A stretch of 23,754 bases of DNA from Armatimonadota bacterium (GTDB lineage Bacteria; Armatimonadota; Hebobacteria; CAIYQO01). The translations under genes were made by a program, and so were the position numbers. Numbering within the stretch: the stretch's first letter is position 1; each line of letters begins with the position of its first letter. The stretch covers positions 1-23,754 of the forward strand of contig JBBRXO010000035.1 of assembly GCA_038248345.1 (NCBI GenBank). The letters are read 5' to 3'. Positions 7,387 through 16,807 of this stretch are shown here, piece by piece. The notes under the pieces were generated by a model, which saw nothing but the letters and a program-made list of their open reading frames with translations, ran no database searches and was not told where the DNA came from.

Positions 7387-8297
7387 ATCTCCACCGCACC
7401 CGCCACGCCGCCGACTTCGCTCATGTCTATCCACTGCACACGTGGGTCGGCGTTGAACCAGGTGTACTGGCGGCGGGCGTAGCGACGGCTGTCACGGATT
7501 GAGAGCTCCACCGCAGTAGCGTAATCGTATTCACCGCGCAGGTAGCCGCCGAATTGCCGGTAGGTGATGCCCTTCATACTGGTCAAATCCGGGCTATAGC
7601 CGGCCTCCACCAGTCCGCGTACTTCTGCCAGCAACCCAGCATCCAGCTGCTCGCGGATGCGCGCCGCCAGCCGGTCGTGGAGCGTTTCCCGGGGGATAGT
7701 GAGGCCAAAAATACACGGGGCGTAGGGGCTGGCATCATTGGTGGCCGGTTTCCAGCTGAAGCTGGATAGCGGGCATCCGGTGAGGTGGTGCACCTCCAGC
7801 GCCCGCACGGTGCGGTGTACGTCGTTCGGGTGCAGGCGGGCGGCGGTAACCGGGTCAATCTCCGCCAGGCGGGCGTGGATCACCTCTGGCCCCAGCCGTT
7901 CCGCTTCCTCGGTCAACTCGCGGCGGAAGGTCATATCCGTGGGGTGCGGCGGGAACTCCCAGCGATCGAGCAACGAATTGATATACAGGCCGGTGCCCCC
8001 GGCGAGTATCGGCACCGCACCACGTGCGCTGATCTCGGTGATAAGTGCATCAGCCCGCGCCACGTAGTCGGCGACGGTGAACTCATCATCGGGGTTCACC
8101 AGGTTTATCAGGTGATGCGGGATCCCCTGTTTCTCCGCTGCCGTAGGCTTGGCGGTCCCGATATCCATACCGCGGTAGATCTGCATTGAGTCCGCCGTGA
8201 GCACCTCTGCGCCCAGCGCCTGCGCCGCTGCCACCGCCACCGCCGTCTTGCCCACCGCTGTCGGCCCTACCAATACCAGTACCGGAATCTTTACCAT
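7347..8297 (-). CDS. miaA: tRNA (adenosine37-N6)-dimethylallyltransferase
   Basis: Motifs GPTAVGKT, ADSMQIYRGMDIGTAKP, GGTGLY, RALEV and YARRQYTWF. True start is MVKIP at 8297. Confidence 0.97.
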   Translation of the reverse strand: MVKIPVLVLVGPTAVGKTAVAVAAAQALGAEVLTADSMQIYRGMDIGTAKPTAAEKQGIPHHLINLVNPDDEFTVADYVARADALITEISARGAVPILAGGTGLYINSLLDRWEFPPHPTDMTFRRELTEEAERLGPEVIHARLAEIDPVTAARLHPNDVHRTVRALEVHHLTGCPLSSFSWKPATNDASPYAPCIFGLTIPRETLHDRLAARIREQLDAGLLAEVRGLVEAGYSPDLTSMKGITYRQFGGYLRGEYDYATAVELSIRDSRRYARRQYTWFNADPRVQWIDMSEVGGVAGAVEIITNYEPPVIRNS

Positions 8298-8377
8298 ATT
8301 CGTTATTTTAGCCGATATGGCAGGTAATTGCCCACCGATGGCGTAAATATGCAATAACATTCCATGTGGAGGTGGGT

Positions 8378-9457
8378 ATGGCGAAGTTGTACGGGCGAGA
8401 ATATACACGGCGCGAGCTGGAGGGACATATTGGACGGATAGAGCAGTTGGGGGGGATTCGCCCAATTGAGCTTACCGCCGGGCGTGAGCGAGGGGTGCGC
8501 GGGTTTGATATCGACACTGGTAGTGGCCTGTGCTTTACCGCATTGGCGGATCGGGCGCTGGATATCTCCAAAGCCACCTTCAACGGGCGCTCTCTCGCCT
8601 ACATCTCCCCGGCGGGGCAGGCGCACCCGTCCTATTTTGAGCCGCAGGGTTTGAGCTGGCTGCGCAACTTTCCCGGTGGGCTCCTGAGTACGCAGGGGTT
8701 ATCATATCTGGGTTCCCCGTGTGTGGACGAGGGAGAAGAGCTGGGGCTGCATGGGCGGGTGAGTAACCTGCCGATGGACGAGATCGGCCACTGGGGAGAA
8801 TGGCGCGGTGATGAGTACCACATGTTCCTGCGGGGTAGCCTCGCAGAAGGGGCGATATCCAACGGTAACTTGCGGCTTACCCGGCAGATCTCCGCGCGAT
8901 TGGGGGGCAACGCATTTACTATAGACGACACCGTGACCAACTTGGGGGGGCTAACAGTGCCGTTGATGGTGCTTTACCACTGCAACCTGGGCTTCCCGTT
9001 ACTTGCCCCCACGGCAGAATTACTCTGCTCCAGCCGTCGGGTCACCCCGCGTGATGACTTCGCCACTGCCGGGCTGCATGACTTTGCGCGCTTCATCACC
9101 CCTACGCCCGGCATCGCCGAGCAATGCTATTATCACGATATGGTGGCGGATAGCGACGGCATGGTGACTACGGCGCTGGTGAATACCGCACTGGACGGGG
9201 GACTGGGCCTGCAGATCAGCTACGATAAAGCCACCCTGCCGGAGTTTGTGGAGTGGAAGATGATGGGCTACAGCGACTACGCGCTGGGGTTGGAACCCGC
9301 CAATTGCCTCGTAGGCGGCCGCGCTGTGGAACGCGCTGCCGGTCGTCTGAAGAGCCTGGAACCCGGCGAAGAGAAGAAGTACCACCTGGAATTCCGGGTA
9401 TTGGCGGGCACGACAGAGATAGCCGAAGCGCGCGAACGAATTGGGCGGTTGGGGTGA
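8378..9457 (+). CDS. Aldose 1-epimerase/galactose mutarotase-like protein (DUF4432 family)
   Basis: Motifs DRALDI, WLRNFPGGLL, GLHGRVSNLP, LYHCNLGFPLL and YALGLEPAN. RBS GGAGG precedes the ATG at 8378. Confidence 0.85.
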   Translation: MAKLYGREYTRRELEGHIGRIEQLGGIRPIELTAGRERGVRGFDIDTGSGLCFTALADRALDISKATFNGRSLAYISPAGQAHPSYFEPQGLSWLRNFPGGLLSTQGLSYLGSPCVDEGEELGLHGRVSNLPMDEIGHWGEWRGDEYHMFLRGSLAEGAISNGNLRLTRQISARLGGNAFTIDDTVTNLGGLTVPLMVLYHCNLGFPLLAPTAELLCSSRRVTPRDDFATAGLHDFARFITPTPGIAEQCYYHDMVADSDGMVTTALVNTALDGGLGLQISYDKATLPEFVEWKMMGYSDYALGLEPANCLVGGRAVERAAGRLKSLEPGEEKKYHLEFRVLAGTTEIAEARERIGRLG

Positions 9458-9564
9458 TAATCAGTTCCAAATTCTAAGTTGAATTGCCCCCCCCTTTTCT
9501 AAATTTGGAAAAAACGGTATTATTATCGCTGATTGCTTGCAAAGCACATGAGGAGGACATATTA

Positions 9565-9807
9565 ATGTCAGAGCAGACTTTTGAGACGATTAAACAGATC
9601 GTCGTTGAAGAATTAAACGTAGCAGCGGAAGACGTGAAGATGGAATCGTCTTTCCAGGACGACCTGGGCGCCGATTCGTTGGCACAGGTTGAGCTGATTA
9701 TGGCGCTCGAAGAGAAGTTCGAGCTGGACAGCATTCCCGACGAAGACGCTGAGAAGCTCAAAACCGTAAAGAATGCAGTTGAGTACATCGACAGCCGTCT
9801 TGGCTAA
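9565..9807 (+). CDS. acpP: Acyl carrier protein
   Basis: DDLGADSL phosphopantetheine serine motif, [27 protein letters not shown]. Confidence 0.96.
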   Translation: MSEQTFETIKQIVVEELNVAAEDVKMESSFQDDLGADSLAQVELIMALEEKFELDSIPDEDAEKLKTVKNAVEYIDSRLG

Positions 9808-9846
9808 TCTATCCAACTAGTTTTTTCGGAAGGAACTTCACAGCGC

Positions 9847-11085
9847 ATGATAACACCACGTGTGGTAATTACGGGCGTAGGTGCGGTTACCCCCCTTGGC
9901 ATCGGCATTGACGCTACATGGCAGTCGATTCTGCGCGGGGTATCTGGCGCAGGCCCGATAACATCTTTTGATGTAACTGAATACAACGCCCGTTTCGCTT
10001 GTGAGGTTAAAGGCTTCGAGCCGACAGACTTCATGACCCCTAAGGCAGCGAAGCATATGGATCGTTTCGTTCAGTTCAGCGTCGTGGCGGGCCAGATGGC
10101 TCTCAAAGACGCCGGGATTGAACTAGGCGAAGAAAACGGCGCCGAATGTGGCGTGGTGATCGGCTCAGGGATCGGCGGTATGGCCACCTGGGAGAAACAG
10201 CACGCCATCCTGCTGGAGCGCGGCCCGAACCGTGTGAGTCCGTATCTCATCCCCATGATGATATGCGATATGGCGGCGGGGATGGTCTCTATCGAGCTAG
10301 GAGCGCGCGGGCCCAATATGTGCGTAGTCACCGCCTGTGCCTCCGGGGCTAATGCTATCGGCGAAGCGGCGGAGATGATCCGCCGCGGCAGCGCCAAAAT
10401 GATGGTCACCGGCGGAGCCGAAGCAGCCATCGTACCAGTGAGTATCGCCGGATTCGCCTCCATGAAGGCGCTCTCCTTCCGCAATGACGATGCCGAACAC
10501 GCCAGTCGACCTTTTGACGCCACGCGTGACGGTTTCGTGATGGGCGAGGGAGCCGGTATCGTAGTACTGGAAGAGTACGAACATGCCCGCGCCCGCGGTG
10601 CCCATATCTACGGCGAGCTCTGTGGCTATGGCGCCACCGGCGACGCCTACCATATGACCTCGCCCGACCTAAGTGGGCGCGGCGGCATCGCCGCCATGCA
10701 GGCGGCCATGCGCCAGGCGGGCGTCACCCCCGAGCAAATTGGCTACATCAACGCCCACGGCACCTCAACGCCAACTAACGATAGAATCGAAACGATGGCG
10801 ATCAAAAAAGCCTTCGGCGATTGTGCCTACCAGATTCCGGTAAGCTCCACCAAGTCGATGACCGGGCATATGCTCGGTGCGGCTGGCGCGGTAGAGCTAA
10901 TCTTCTGCCTGCTGGCCATGCGCGACAACGTAATCCCGGCAACGACCAACTACACCACCCCCGACCCGGAATGCGACCTGGACTACGTGCCCAACACCAC
11001 CCGCGAAGGGAAAATCAACTACGCCCTCAGCAACTCCCTCGGCTTCGGCGGCCACAACGCCACTTTGGTGGTGGGAAGAGTCTGA
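9847..11085 (+). CDS. fabF: Beta-ketoacyl-ACP synthase II
   Basis: Cys-His-His triad in TACASG, NAHGTST and KSMTGHMLGAAG; DGFVMGEGAG; SNSLGFGGHN. Confidence 0.96.
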   Translation: MITPRVVITGVGAVTPLGIGIDATWQSILRGVSGAGPITSFDVTEYNARFACEVKGFEPTDFMTPKAAKHMDRFVQFSVVAGQMALKDAGIELGEENGAECGVVIGSGIGGMATWEKQHAILLERGPNRVSPYLIPMMICDMAAGMVSIELGARGPNMCVVTACASGANAIGEAAEMIRRGSAKMMVTGGAEAAIVPVSIAGFASMKALSFRNDDAEHASRPFDATRDGFVMGEGAGIVVLEEYEHARARGAHIYGELCGYGATGDAYHMTSPDLSGRGGIAAMQAAMRQAGVTPEQIGYINAHGTSTPTNDRIETMAIKKAFGDCAYQIPVSSTKSMTGHMLGAAGAVELIFCLLAMRDNVIPATTNYTTPDPECDLDYVPNTTREGKINYALSNSLGFGGHNATLVVGRV

Positions 11086-11098
11086 TATAGGATCAACA

Positions 11099-11140
11099 AC
11101 CATCAGCTATCCCGTATCACGGGGTGGCTGATGGTTTTTT
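11099..11140 (+). terminator. Rho-independent terminator of acpP-fabF
   Basis: ACCATCAGCTATCCCGT-ATC-ACGGGGTGGCTGATGGT long stem with G-U pairs, running into TTTTTT. Confidence 0.85.
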
Positions 11141-11545
11141 ATTATCCACCCCCTTCAGGGGGTGGATATAATGACGAATGGGGCTGTCATCCCATTCAGG
11201 GAGGAATAATAATCACTATCCCCATACCATGGGCTTACGCCCTGACAATTACCCACATCTTTGAGGCTAGTCCGCCACGAAGTGGCAGGAGAAAAGAAGA
11301 ATTTTATACACTCCCACATCCACAGACGTTGCCCGTTGCTAGCATTACATGCCCTTTTAGGGCGAATTTCTACCAACTTATGGGTTAATCCGCGTGTTTA
11401 ATTCATCCCGCACCGCAAAATAGCCCGTGTTCATCGTTACACCTCAATATTTGTTGAGCTATAAGTAAATAGTCACCAATTGTCCGCCTGTTGTCTTGTT
11501 TTCGATTCAGTAATTAGAGAGGTTATTGCAAAACTTCTTCGTCTC

Positions 11546-11575
11546 TTGGCAATAATTAACCAGGTAGGGTACAAT
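11546..11575 (+). promoter_or_regulatory. Putative sigma70 promoter of the rpiB operon
   Basis: TTGGCA-N18-TACAAT, followed by RBS AGGAG. Confidence 0.5.
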
Positions 11576-11594
11576 AACGCAGGAGCGTGAAACG

Positions 11595-12038
11595 ATGATT
11601 ATCGCATTAGGTACTGACCATGCGGCATTTGTGTACAAAGAAGTAATGCGGCAGGTAATTGAAAGTATGGGTCATACGGTGCTGGATTGCGGCACTGATT
11701 CAGTTGCACCCGTAGATTATCCGGTGATCGCTGTGAAGGTGGCTCGCTCGGTGCGCGAAGGGCGCGCGGAACGCGGAGTATTTCTCTGTGGCACCGGTAT
11801 CGGCGGCTCCATTGCGGCCAACAAGGTGCATGGTATCCGCGCAGCGCTCTGTGCTGAGACCTACTCGGCTCGGATGGCCCGTGATCACAATGACGCCAAT
11901 ATGCTTTGTATGGGGGCGCGCGTCATCGGCATCAGCTTGGCCGAAGATATTCTCCGCGTTTTCCTCACTACTGAATACAGCAATGATCCACGTCACCAAC
12001 GCCGTATTGACCAGTTGAACGCGACTGAACAGGTATAA
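11595..12038 (+). CDS. rpiB: Ribose-5-phosphate isomerase B
   Basis: Motifs DHAA, VDYP, CGTGIG, ANKVHGIRAA, HNDANMLCMGARVIG and RHQRRI. Confidence 0.96.
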   Translation: MIIALGTDHAAFVYKEVMRQVIESMGHTVLDCGTDSVAPVDYPVIAVKVARSVREGRAERGVFLCGTGIGGSIAANKVHGIRAALCAETYSARMARDHNDANMLCMGARVIGISLAEDILRVFLTTEYSNDPRHQRRIDQLNATEQV

Positions 12039-12077
12039 TACCCGCAAATTTTGCCGGGTAGCGAAGGTATTGATCGC

Positions 12078-13124
12078 GTGAATTTGACGACTAGCGATAC
12101 GACCGCGATGTTACTGACTTCCGAGCTGGGGACATCCGAAAAGATGGCGTTGGGGGTGTTGGCATTGCTGGTGGCACTGGTGGTCACCATGTTGCTCACC
12201 CCAGTGGTGATGCGCTGGGCGATTGCCGCCAAAGCGATGGTAGCCCCCGGCGGGCGGCACGTGCATGAGACGGCCACCCCGCGCTGGGGCGGCCTTGCCA
12301 TGTACGTCGGCTTCCTGGTGGCGGTGATCGTGCTGGAAGTCGTCGTTTGGAAGCTAACCGGGCAGAATCTGGTACACCGGAAGATCGCCGGAATCCTCTT
12401 CGGCGGCGCTCTCATCACGGCGCTGGGCGCGTATGACGACAAGTATAACATAAAGGCGTCTTACAAGCTCCTCGGACAGGCGCTCATCGCTGCTATGCTG
12501 GTCTTCCCCCCCTTTGAGTTGCGCATGGCTGTCGCCTTCAATACCGACATCTTCGGCCCGCAGCAATCGAGCCTGGTGGGGCTGATACTCTCTTCGGCGC
12601 TCACCATCATCTGGATCGTGCTGGTCACCAATATCATTAACCTCATCGACGGGCTGGATGGGCTGGCGGCGGGGGTTTCCGGCATCAGCGCCCTTACTTT
12701 TGTGGTCATCGCACTACTGTTGAAAGGCCCGTCCAGCGATCCCATACTGGCAGCGGCGGTAGTCGGCTCCTGCATAGGCTTTCTCCGTTACAACTTCTCC
12801 CCAGCCCGCATCTTCATGGGGGATGCCGGCAGTCACTTCCTCGGTTATACCATCGGCGCGCTCTCGTTGTTATATAACTACAAGGTCGCAACCGGGCTGG
12901 CTTTTGCCATCCCGGTACTCATACTGGCGGTACCCATCTTCGATACCATCTTCGCAATCGTGCGGCGCATGTTCCGTGGCAAACCGATCTTCACTGCTGA
13001 CAAAGGCCACCTGCATCATCGTCTGCTGAATATGGGGCTCACCCAACCACAAGCCGTGCTGACGATATATGCCATCACCACCATCGGCTGCCTCATCGCG
13101 GTGTGGCTGGCGGTGATTCGGTAA
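12078..13124 (+). CDS. wecA: Undecaprenyl-phosphate GlcNAc-1-phosphate transferase (TagO/WecA, glycosyltransferase family 4)
   Basis: Motifs TPRWGGLA, GAYDD, NLIDGLDGLAAG, IFMGDAGS and DKGHLHHRL; many transmembrane segments. Start uncertain (12051, 12078 or 12108). Confidence 0.9.
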   Translation: MNLTTSDTTAMLLTSELGTSEKMALGVLALLVALVVTMLLTPVVMRWAIAAKAMVAPGGRHVHETATPRWGGLAMYVGFLVAVIVLEVVVWKLTGQNLVHRKIAGILFGGALITALGAYDDKYNIKASYKLLGQALIAAMLVFPPFELRMAVAFNTDIFGPQQSSLVGLILSSALTIIWIVLVTNIINLIDGLDGLAAGVSGISALTFVVIALLLKGPSSDPILAAAVVGSCIGFLRYNFSPARIFMGDAGSHFLGYTIGALSLLYNYKVATGLAFAIPVLILAVPIFDTIFAIVRRMFRGKPIFTADKGHLHHRLLNMGLTQPQAVLTIYAITTIGCLIAVWLAVIR

Positions 13125-13156
13125 ACTCCTCACCGGTTACACTTCAGAATCACATA

Positions 13157-13171
13157 TGATATAATAACGCC
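13157..13171 (+). promoter_or_regulatory. Extended -10 promoter, leaderless start of the DNA methyltransferase
   Basis: TGATATAAT (13157-13165), then 6 nt to the ATG at 13172; no Shine-Dalgarno. Confidence 0.6.
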
Positions 13172-14167
13172 ATGCCTGCCAATACCCTATACTATGGCGA
13201 TAACATTGATGTGCTACGGGATAATGTGAAGGATGAGACCGTCGATCTGGTATACCTTGACCCACCCTTCAACTCCAAGCGCGATTATAACCTGCTCTTT
13301 AAGACTCCTGCCGGGCACGAGTCCGAGTCGCAGGTGACCGCCTTCGTCGACTCCTGGCATTGGGGTGAGCAAGCGGAAATTGAATTTGCCCAGATACTGC
13401 ATCAGCCGAACACGCAACTTGCCGAGATGATGCGCGGCTTTCGTTCGTTTCTCGGGCAAAATGACGTGATGGCATATCTGACGATGATGGCAAACCGTTT
13501 GCTGGAATTACACCGTGTAATGAAGCCGTCGGCTAGTATATACTTGCATTGTGACCCCACGGCCAGCCATTATCTTAAGCTGCTCATGGATGCGGTGTTC
13601 GGGGCAGCTAGCTTTCGTAATGAAATCATCTGGCATTATCAGCGCTGGCCCGCCAAACAAAAGAATTTTCAGCGGATGCGCGATGTAATCCTCTTTTACT
13701 CTCAAGGACATCGACAGAATGTATTCAACGTCTTATTGGAGCCGCTTTCTGAAGGAACGCTGAAACGGTGGCGTGGGAAAAAGAGTAAAGTAGAATTTGA
13801 TGGTAAAGTGCGATTGGTAACACAGATGACGGACGAGGAATCTCCCGGACGACCAATTGATGATGTCTGGGATATTCCTGTGATTAATTCGCAGGCAAAA
13901 GAACGCCTGGGTTACCCAACCCAAAAACCTGAATACTTGTTAGAACGAATAATTGAGGCCAGCAGTATGCCCGGTGACCTGGTGCTCGATCCTTTTTGCG
14001 GTTGCGGCACCGCAGTGGTTGCGGCGGAGAAACTCGGTCGGAAGTGGATAGGCATTGATATCACTCATTTGGCAGTGAATATGGCAAAAAAGCGGCTAGA
14101 TGACGCTTTCCCTGGTATTGTTTACAAAGTTTGCAATGTGCCAGAATTGAGTGATGTTTTTGTATAA
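13172..14167 (+). CDS. Site-specific DNA methyltransferase, N6/N4 beta class, orphan
   Basis: VYLDPPFNS (motif IV) at the N-terminus, then YPTQKP, LDPFCGCGT (motif I) and WIGID near the C-terminus. Confidence 0.92.
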   Translation: MPANTLYYGDNIDVLRDNVKDETVDLVYLDPPFNSKRDYNLLFKTPAGHESESQVTAFVDSWHWGEQAEIEFAQILHQPNTQLAEMMRGFRSFLGQNDVMAYLTMMANRLLELHRVMKPSASIYLHCDPTASHYLKLLMDAVFGAASFRNEIIWHYQRWPAKQKNFQRMRDVILFYSQGHRQNVFNVLLEPLSEGTLKRWRGKKSKVEFDGKVRLVTQMTDEESPGRPIDDVWDIPVINSQAKERLGYPTQKPEYLLERIIEASSMPGDLVLDPFCGCGTAVVAAEKLGRKWIGIDITHLAVNMAKKRLDDAFPGIVYKVCNVPELSDVFV

Positions 14168-14394
14168 GTTTATGCTATCATGCCTTGCATATGGGACTGC
14201 ATAAATGGTTTCAGCACAGTTTCGGATTTCGATTCAACAATCTACTATGGGCAGAGGCAATAAGAGAGAATACTAACATTACCCCGGGCGAAACCCGGGG
14301 AAGGTTAAGCCGTCCCGTGCGAATGGCGATAGGCTGGCGGGTTTGAACGCTCTAACCAGCCTTGGAACTTGGAACTATTTCCGTAGGAGAATAA

Positions 14395-15549
14395 ATGGCA
14401 ATAACAGTAGTAATGGTAATAGGCACGCGCCCGGAGGCGGTGAAGATGGCTCCGGTGGTGCTGGCGCTGCAGCAGGATGGCGTCTTTGAGGTGAAGGTAG
14501 TGCTCACCGGGCAGCATCGCGAGATGCTTGATCAGGTGATGCGCCAATTCGGCATCGCGGGCGATACTGACCTCGATATCATGCGCCCGAATCAGACGCT
14601 CACCGGCATTACCATCCGTGCTCTGGAAGGCCTTGACCGTGCCTATGAAGAGCTGAAACCCGATATCGTCCTGGCGCAGGGCGATACCACCACCGTTTTC
14701 GCTGCCGCGCTGGCGGCCTTCTATCACCGCGTCCCCTTCGGGCATGTGGAGGCGGGACTGCGCACCGGTGACAAATATTCCCCCTACCCGGAGGAGATGA
14801 ACCGCCGGCTGGCCGGGCCGCTGACCGACCTGCATTTCGCCCCCACCACTGCCTCACGTGACAACCTGCTACATGAGGGCGTGTCGATAGATAGTATCTA
14901 TATCACCGGCAATACCGTCATCGATGCGTTGCTCTTCGCTGCCAACAAGGGCAAATTGCCCGAGGAATTCAAGTGGGCTGACGAAGAGGGTGGGCCGTTG
15001 GTGCTGGTGACCGCACACCGCCGCGAGAATTGGGGCGAACCGCTGAAAGAAGCCTGCCTGGGGATGCTGGATATGCTGGAGCGGGTGCCGGAGGCGCGGC
15101 TGGTCTATGCGGTACACCGCAACCCGGTGGTGCGCGAGACGGCCAACGAAGTGCTGGGTAACCACCCACGCGTGCGCCTGATCGAGCCGCCCGACTACTT
15201 TGATTTCGTGCAACTACTGAAGCGCGCCCGGCTCATCCTCACCGATTCCGGCGGCATCCAGGAGGAGGCCCCCAGCCTTGGTGTGCCAGCGCTGGTACTA
15301 CGTGAATCCACCGAGCGCCCCGAGGCTATCAAAGCAGGGGTTGCCAAGCTGGTGGGCACTAACCGTGCGTTAATTGCTGATGAAAGTGTGCGTCTATTAA
15401 CCGACGAAGCCGCCCACGCCGCCATGGCCCACGCGCATAACCCTTATGGTGATGGCGAGTCCTCCGTGCGTATCGTAGCAGCGCTGAAGAAATACTTTGG
15501 CTTGTCTTCGGAGGTGCCGGCAGAATTTTTTGCAAAAAAGGCAGGCTGA
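14395..15549 (+). CDS. wecB: UDP-N-acetylglucosamine 2-epimerase (non-hydrolysing)
   Basis: Motifs GTRPEAVKMAP, TGQH, QGDTTT, HVEAGLR, HRREN, TDSGGIQEE and NPYGDG. Confidence 0.97.
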   Translation: MAITVVMVIGTRPEAVKMAPVVLALQQDGVFEVKVVLTGQHREMLDQVMRQFGIAGDTDLDIMRPNQTLTGITIRALEGLDRAYEELKPDIVLAQGDTTTVFAAALAAFYHRVPFGHVEAGLRTGDKYSPYPEEMNRRLAGPLTDLHFAPTTASRDNLLHEGVSIDSIYITGNTVIDALLFAANKGKLPEEFKWADEEGGPLVLVTAHRRENWGEPLKEACLGMLDMLERVPEARLVYAVHRNPVVRETANEVLGNHPRVRLIEPPDYFDFVQLLKRARLILTDSGGIQEEAPSLGVPALVLRESTERPEAIKAGVAKLVGTNRALIADESVRLLTDEAAHAAMAHAHNPYGDGESSVRIVAALKKYFGLSSEVPAEFFAKKAG

Positions 15550-15550
15550 G

Positions 15551-16795
15551 ATGGCAACTGTGACACCGTGCGTTACCGAAGTGTTCGAGGAACAACCTTC
15601 TACCCATTTACCCTGGTGGCGAACGTTAGCGTTCGCCGCACTACTCGGTGCGTTGGCTGTCTTTGGCTACATGGATTTTGACCAGTATCTGCGCCCCACG
15701 GTGACGATACTGGTTTTCGCCGCTATCCTCAACTATCTGCTACGTCCCATCGTAGATAGCACACTCAAACTTATCCGGTTGGAAAAGTCGCATAACGCGC
15801 GTGTCGCTGTGGTGCTGACGCTTTATTGCGTCATAGCAGTGGTACTTTATATCTTTGGTGCAATATCGATGCGCACTATTCGCAACAACATCAACGAGCT
15901 GACTCCCAGCGCCAAAGCAATGTACAGCATTCTGAAGGTAGATAGCGCCACAGAGGTGGGCTCTCCCGATTATATGCCAAGCGAAATGCCCTCACTGCAA
16001 ATGAGCAGATTCGACTACTGGTACAAAACCGCTGTCCCGCTGGAGATGCGTACGCAGATATGGGCCTCGGTTCAGCAACAGGCAGGCGGCTCACCAGAGA
16101 TGATGCAGGGACTGATAGCCTGGCTGCTGGGGCTGGCGAAACGTGGTGTTGTGTGGGCGGGGATGCTCATCGAATTTATCTTTGTGCCCTTGCTTGCTTA
16201 CTACTTCCTCACCGAGGCACCGAAGGTACGCGATTCAATAATTTACTTCGTCCCGAAGAAAAAACGTGACATTTTCGGCATTTATCTGGATGGTATCAAC
16301 ACGATAATGGGCAAATACGTGCAGAGTCAGATCATTCTGGGTGCCATTGCCTGGGCGGTGGTGACCCTGGGGCTGGTGTGTCTGGGCGTCAAGGGGGCGT
16401 TTATCCTGGGCATTATCGCTGGGGTCTCGCGTATCATCCCGATGATCGGCCCGCTAGTGGGCGGTGTGCCGGTGATGGCCGGGGTGCTGCTGCACGAGCA
16501 AGGTTCCTCGCTCTTTATCTGGGTGCTCATCGGTTTCACCCTGCTGCATCTTTTTGAGACCAAATACCTGATGCCGCGCATCCTTGGCGATAATTTGGAT
16601 ATCCACCCGGTGCTCATCGTCATCTCACTTCTCATCGGCTATGAGCTGCTGGGGTTGATCGGCATGTTTCTCGCCCCGCCAGCGGTGGCGGTCATTCGCT
16701 TCGCCCTGGCAGTGAATCGCGGCGAACATTCTGGCCCTGATATCCCCAAAAGTCTGGAGAAGGAAATCGCCGAGGTCAATCCGGTTAGTGGATGA
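15551..16795 (+). CDS. AI-2E family transporter (UPF0118/PerM)
   Basis: Multiple transmembrane helices; NYLLRP, IIPMIGP, LMPRILGDNLDIHP and LLGLIGMFLAPP. ATG lies 2 nt after the wecB stop. Confidence 0.88.
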   Translation: MATVTPCVTEVFEEQPSTHLPWWRTLAFAALLGALAVFGYMDFDQYLRPTVTILVFAAILNYLLRPIVDSTLKLIRLEKSHNARVAVVLTLYCVIAVVLYIFGAISMRTIRNNINELTPSAKAMYSILKVDSATEVGSPDYMPSEMPSLQMSRFDYWYKTAVPLEMRTQIWASVQQQAGGSPEMMQGLIAWLLGLAKRGVVWAGMLIEFIFVPLLAYYFLTEAPKVRDSIIYFVPKKKRDIFGIYLDGINTIMGKYVQSQIILGAIAWAVVTLGLVCLGVKGAFILGIIAGVSRIIPMIGPLVGGVPVMAGVLLHEQGSSLFIWVLIGFTLLHLFETKYLMPRILGDNLDIHPVLIVISLLIGYELLGLIGMFLAPPAVAVIRFALAVNRGEHSGPDIPKSLEKEIAEVNPVSG

Positions 16796-16807
16796 CGGCA
16801 GCGCGTT

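Noticed and set aside
8298..8465. N-terminal extension of MiaA in the ORF track
   Set aside because: It overlaps the divergent DUF4432 gene, and MiaA homology starts at MVKIP (8297).
9565..11085. acpP-fabF as a type II polyketide cluster
   Set aside because: FabF has the standard Cys-His-His triad, and there is no chain-length factor or tailoring gene. This is ordinary fatty acid synthesis.
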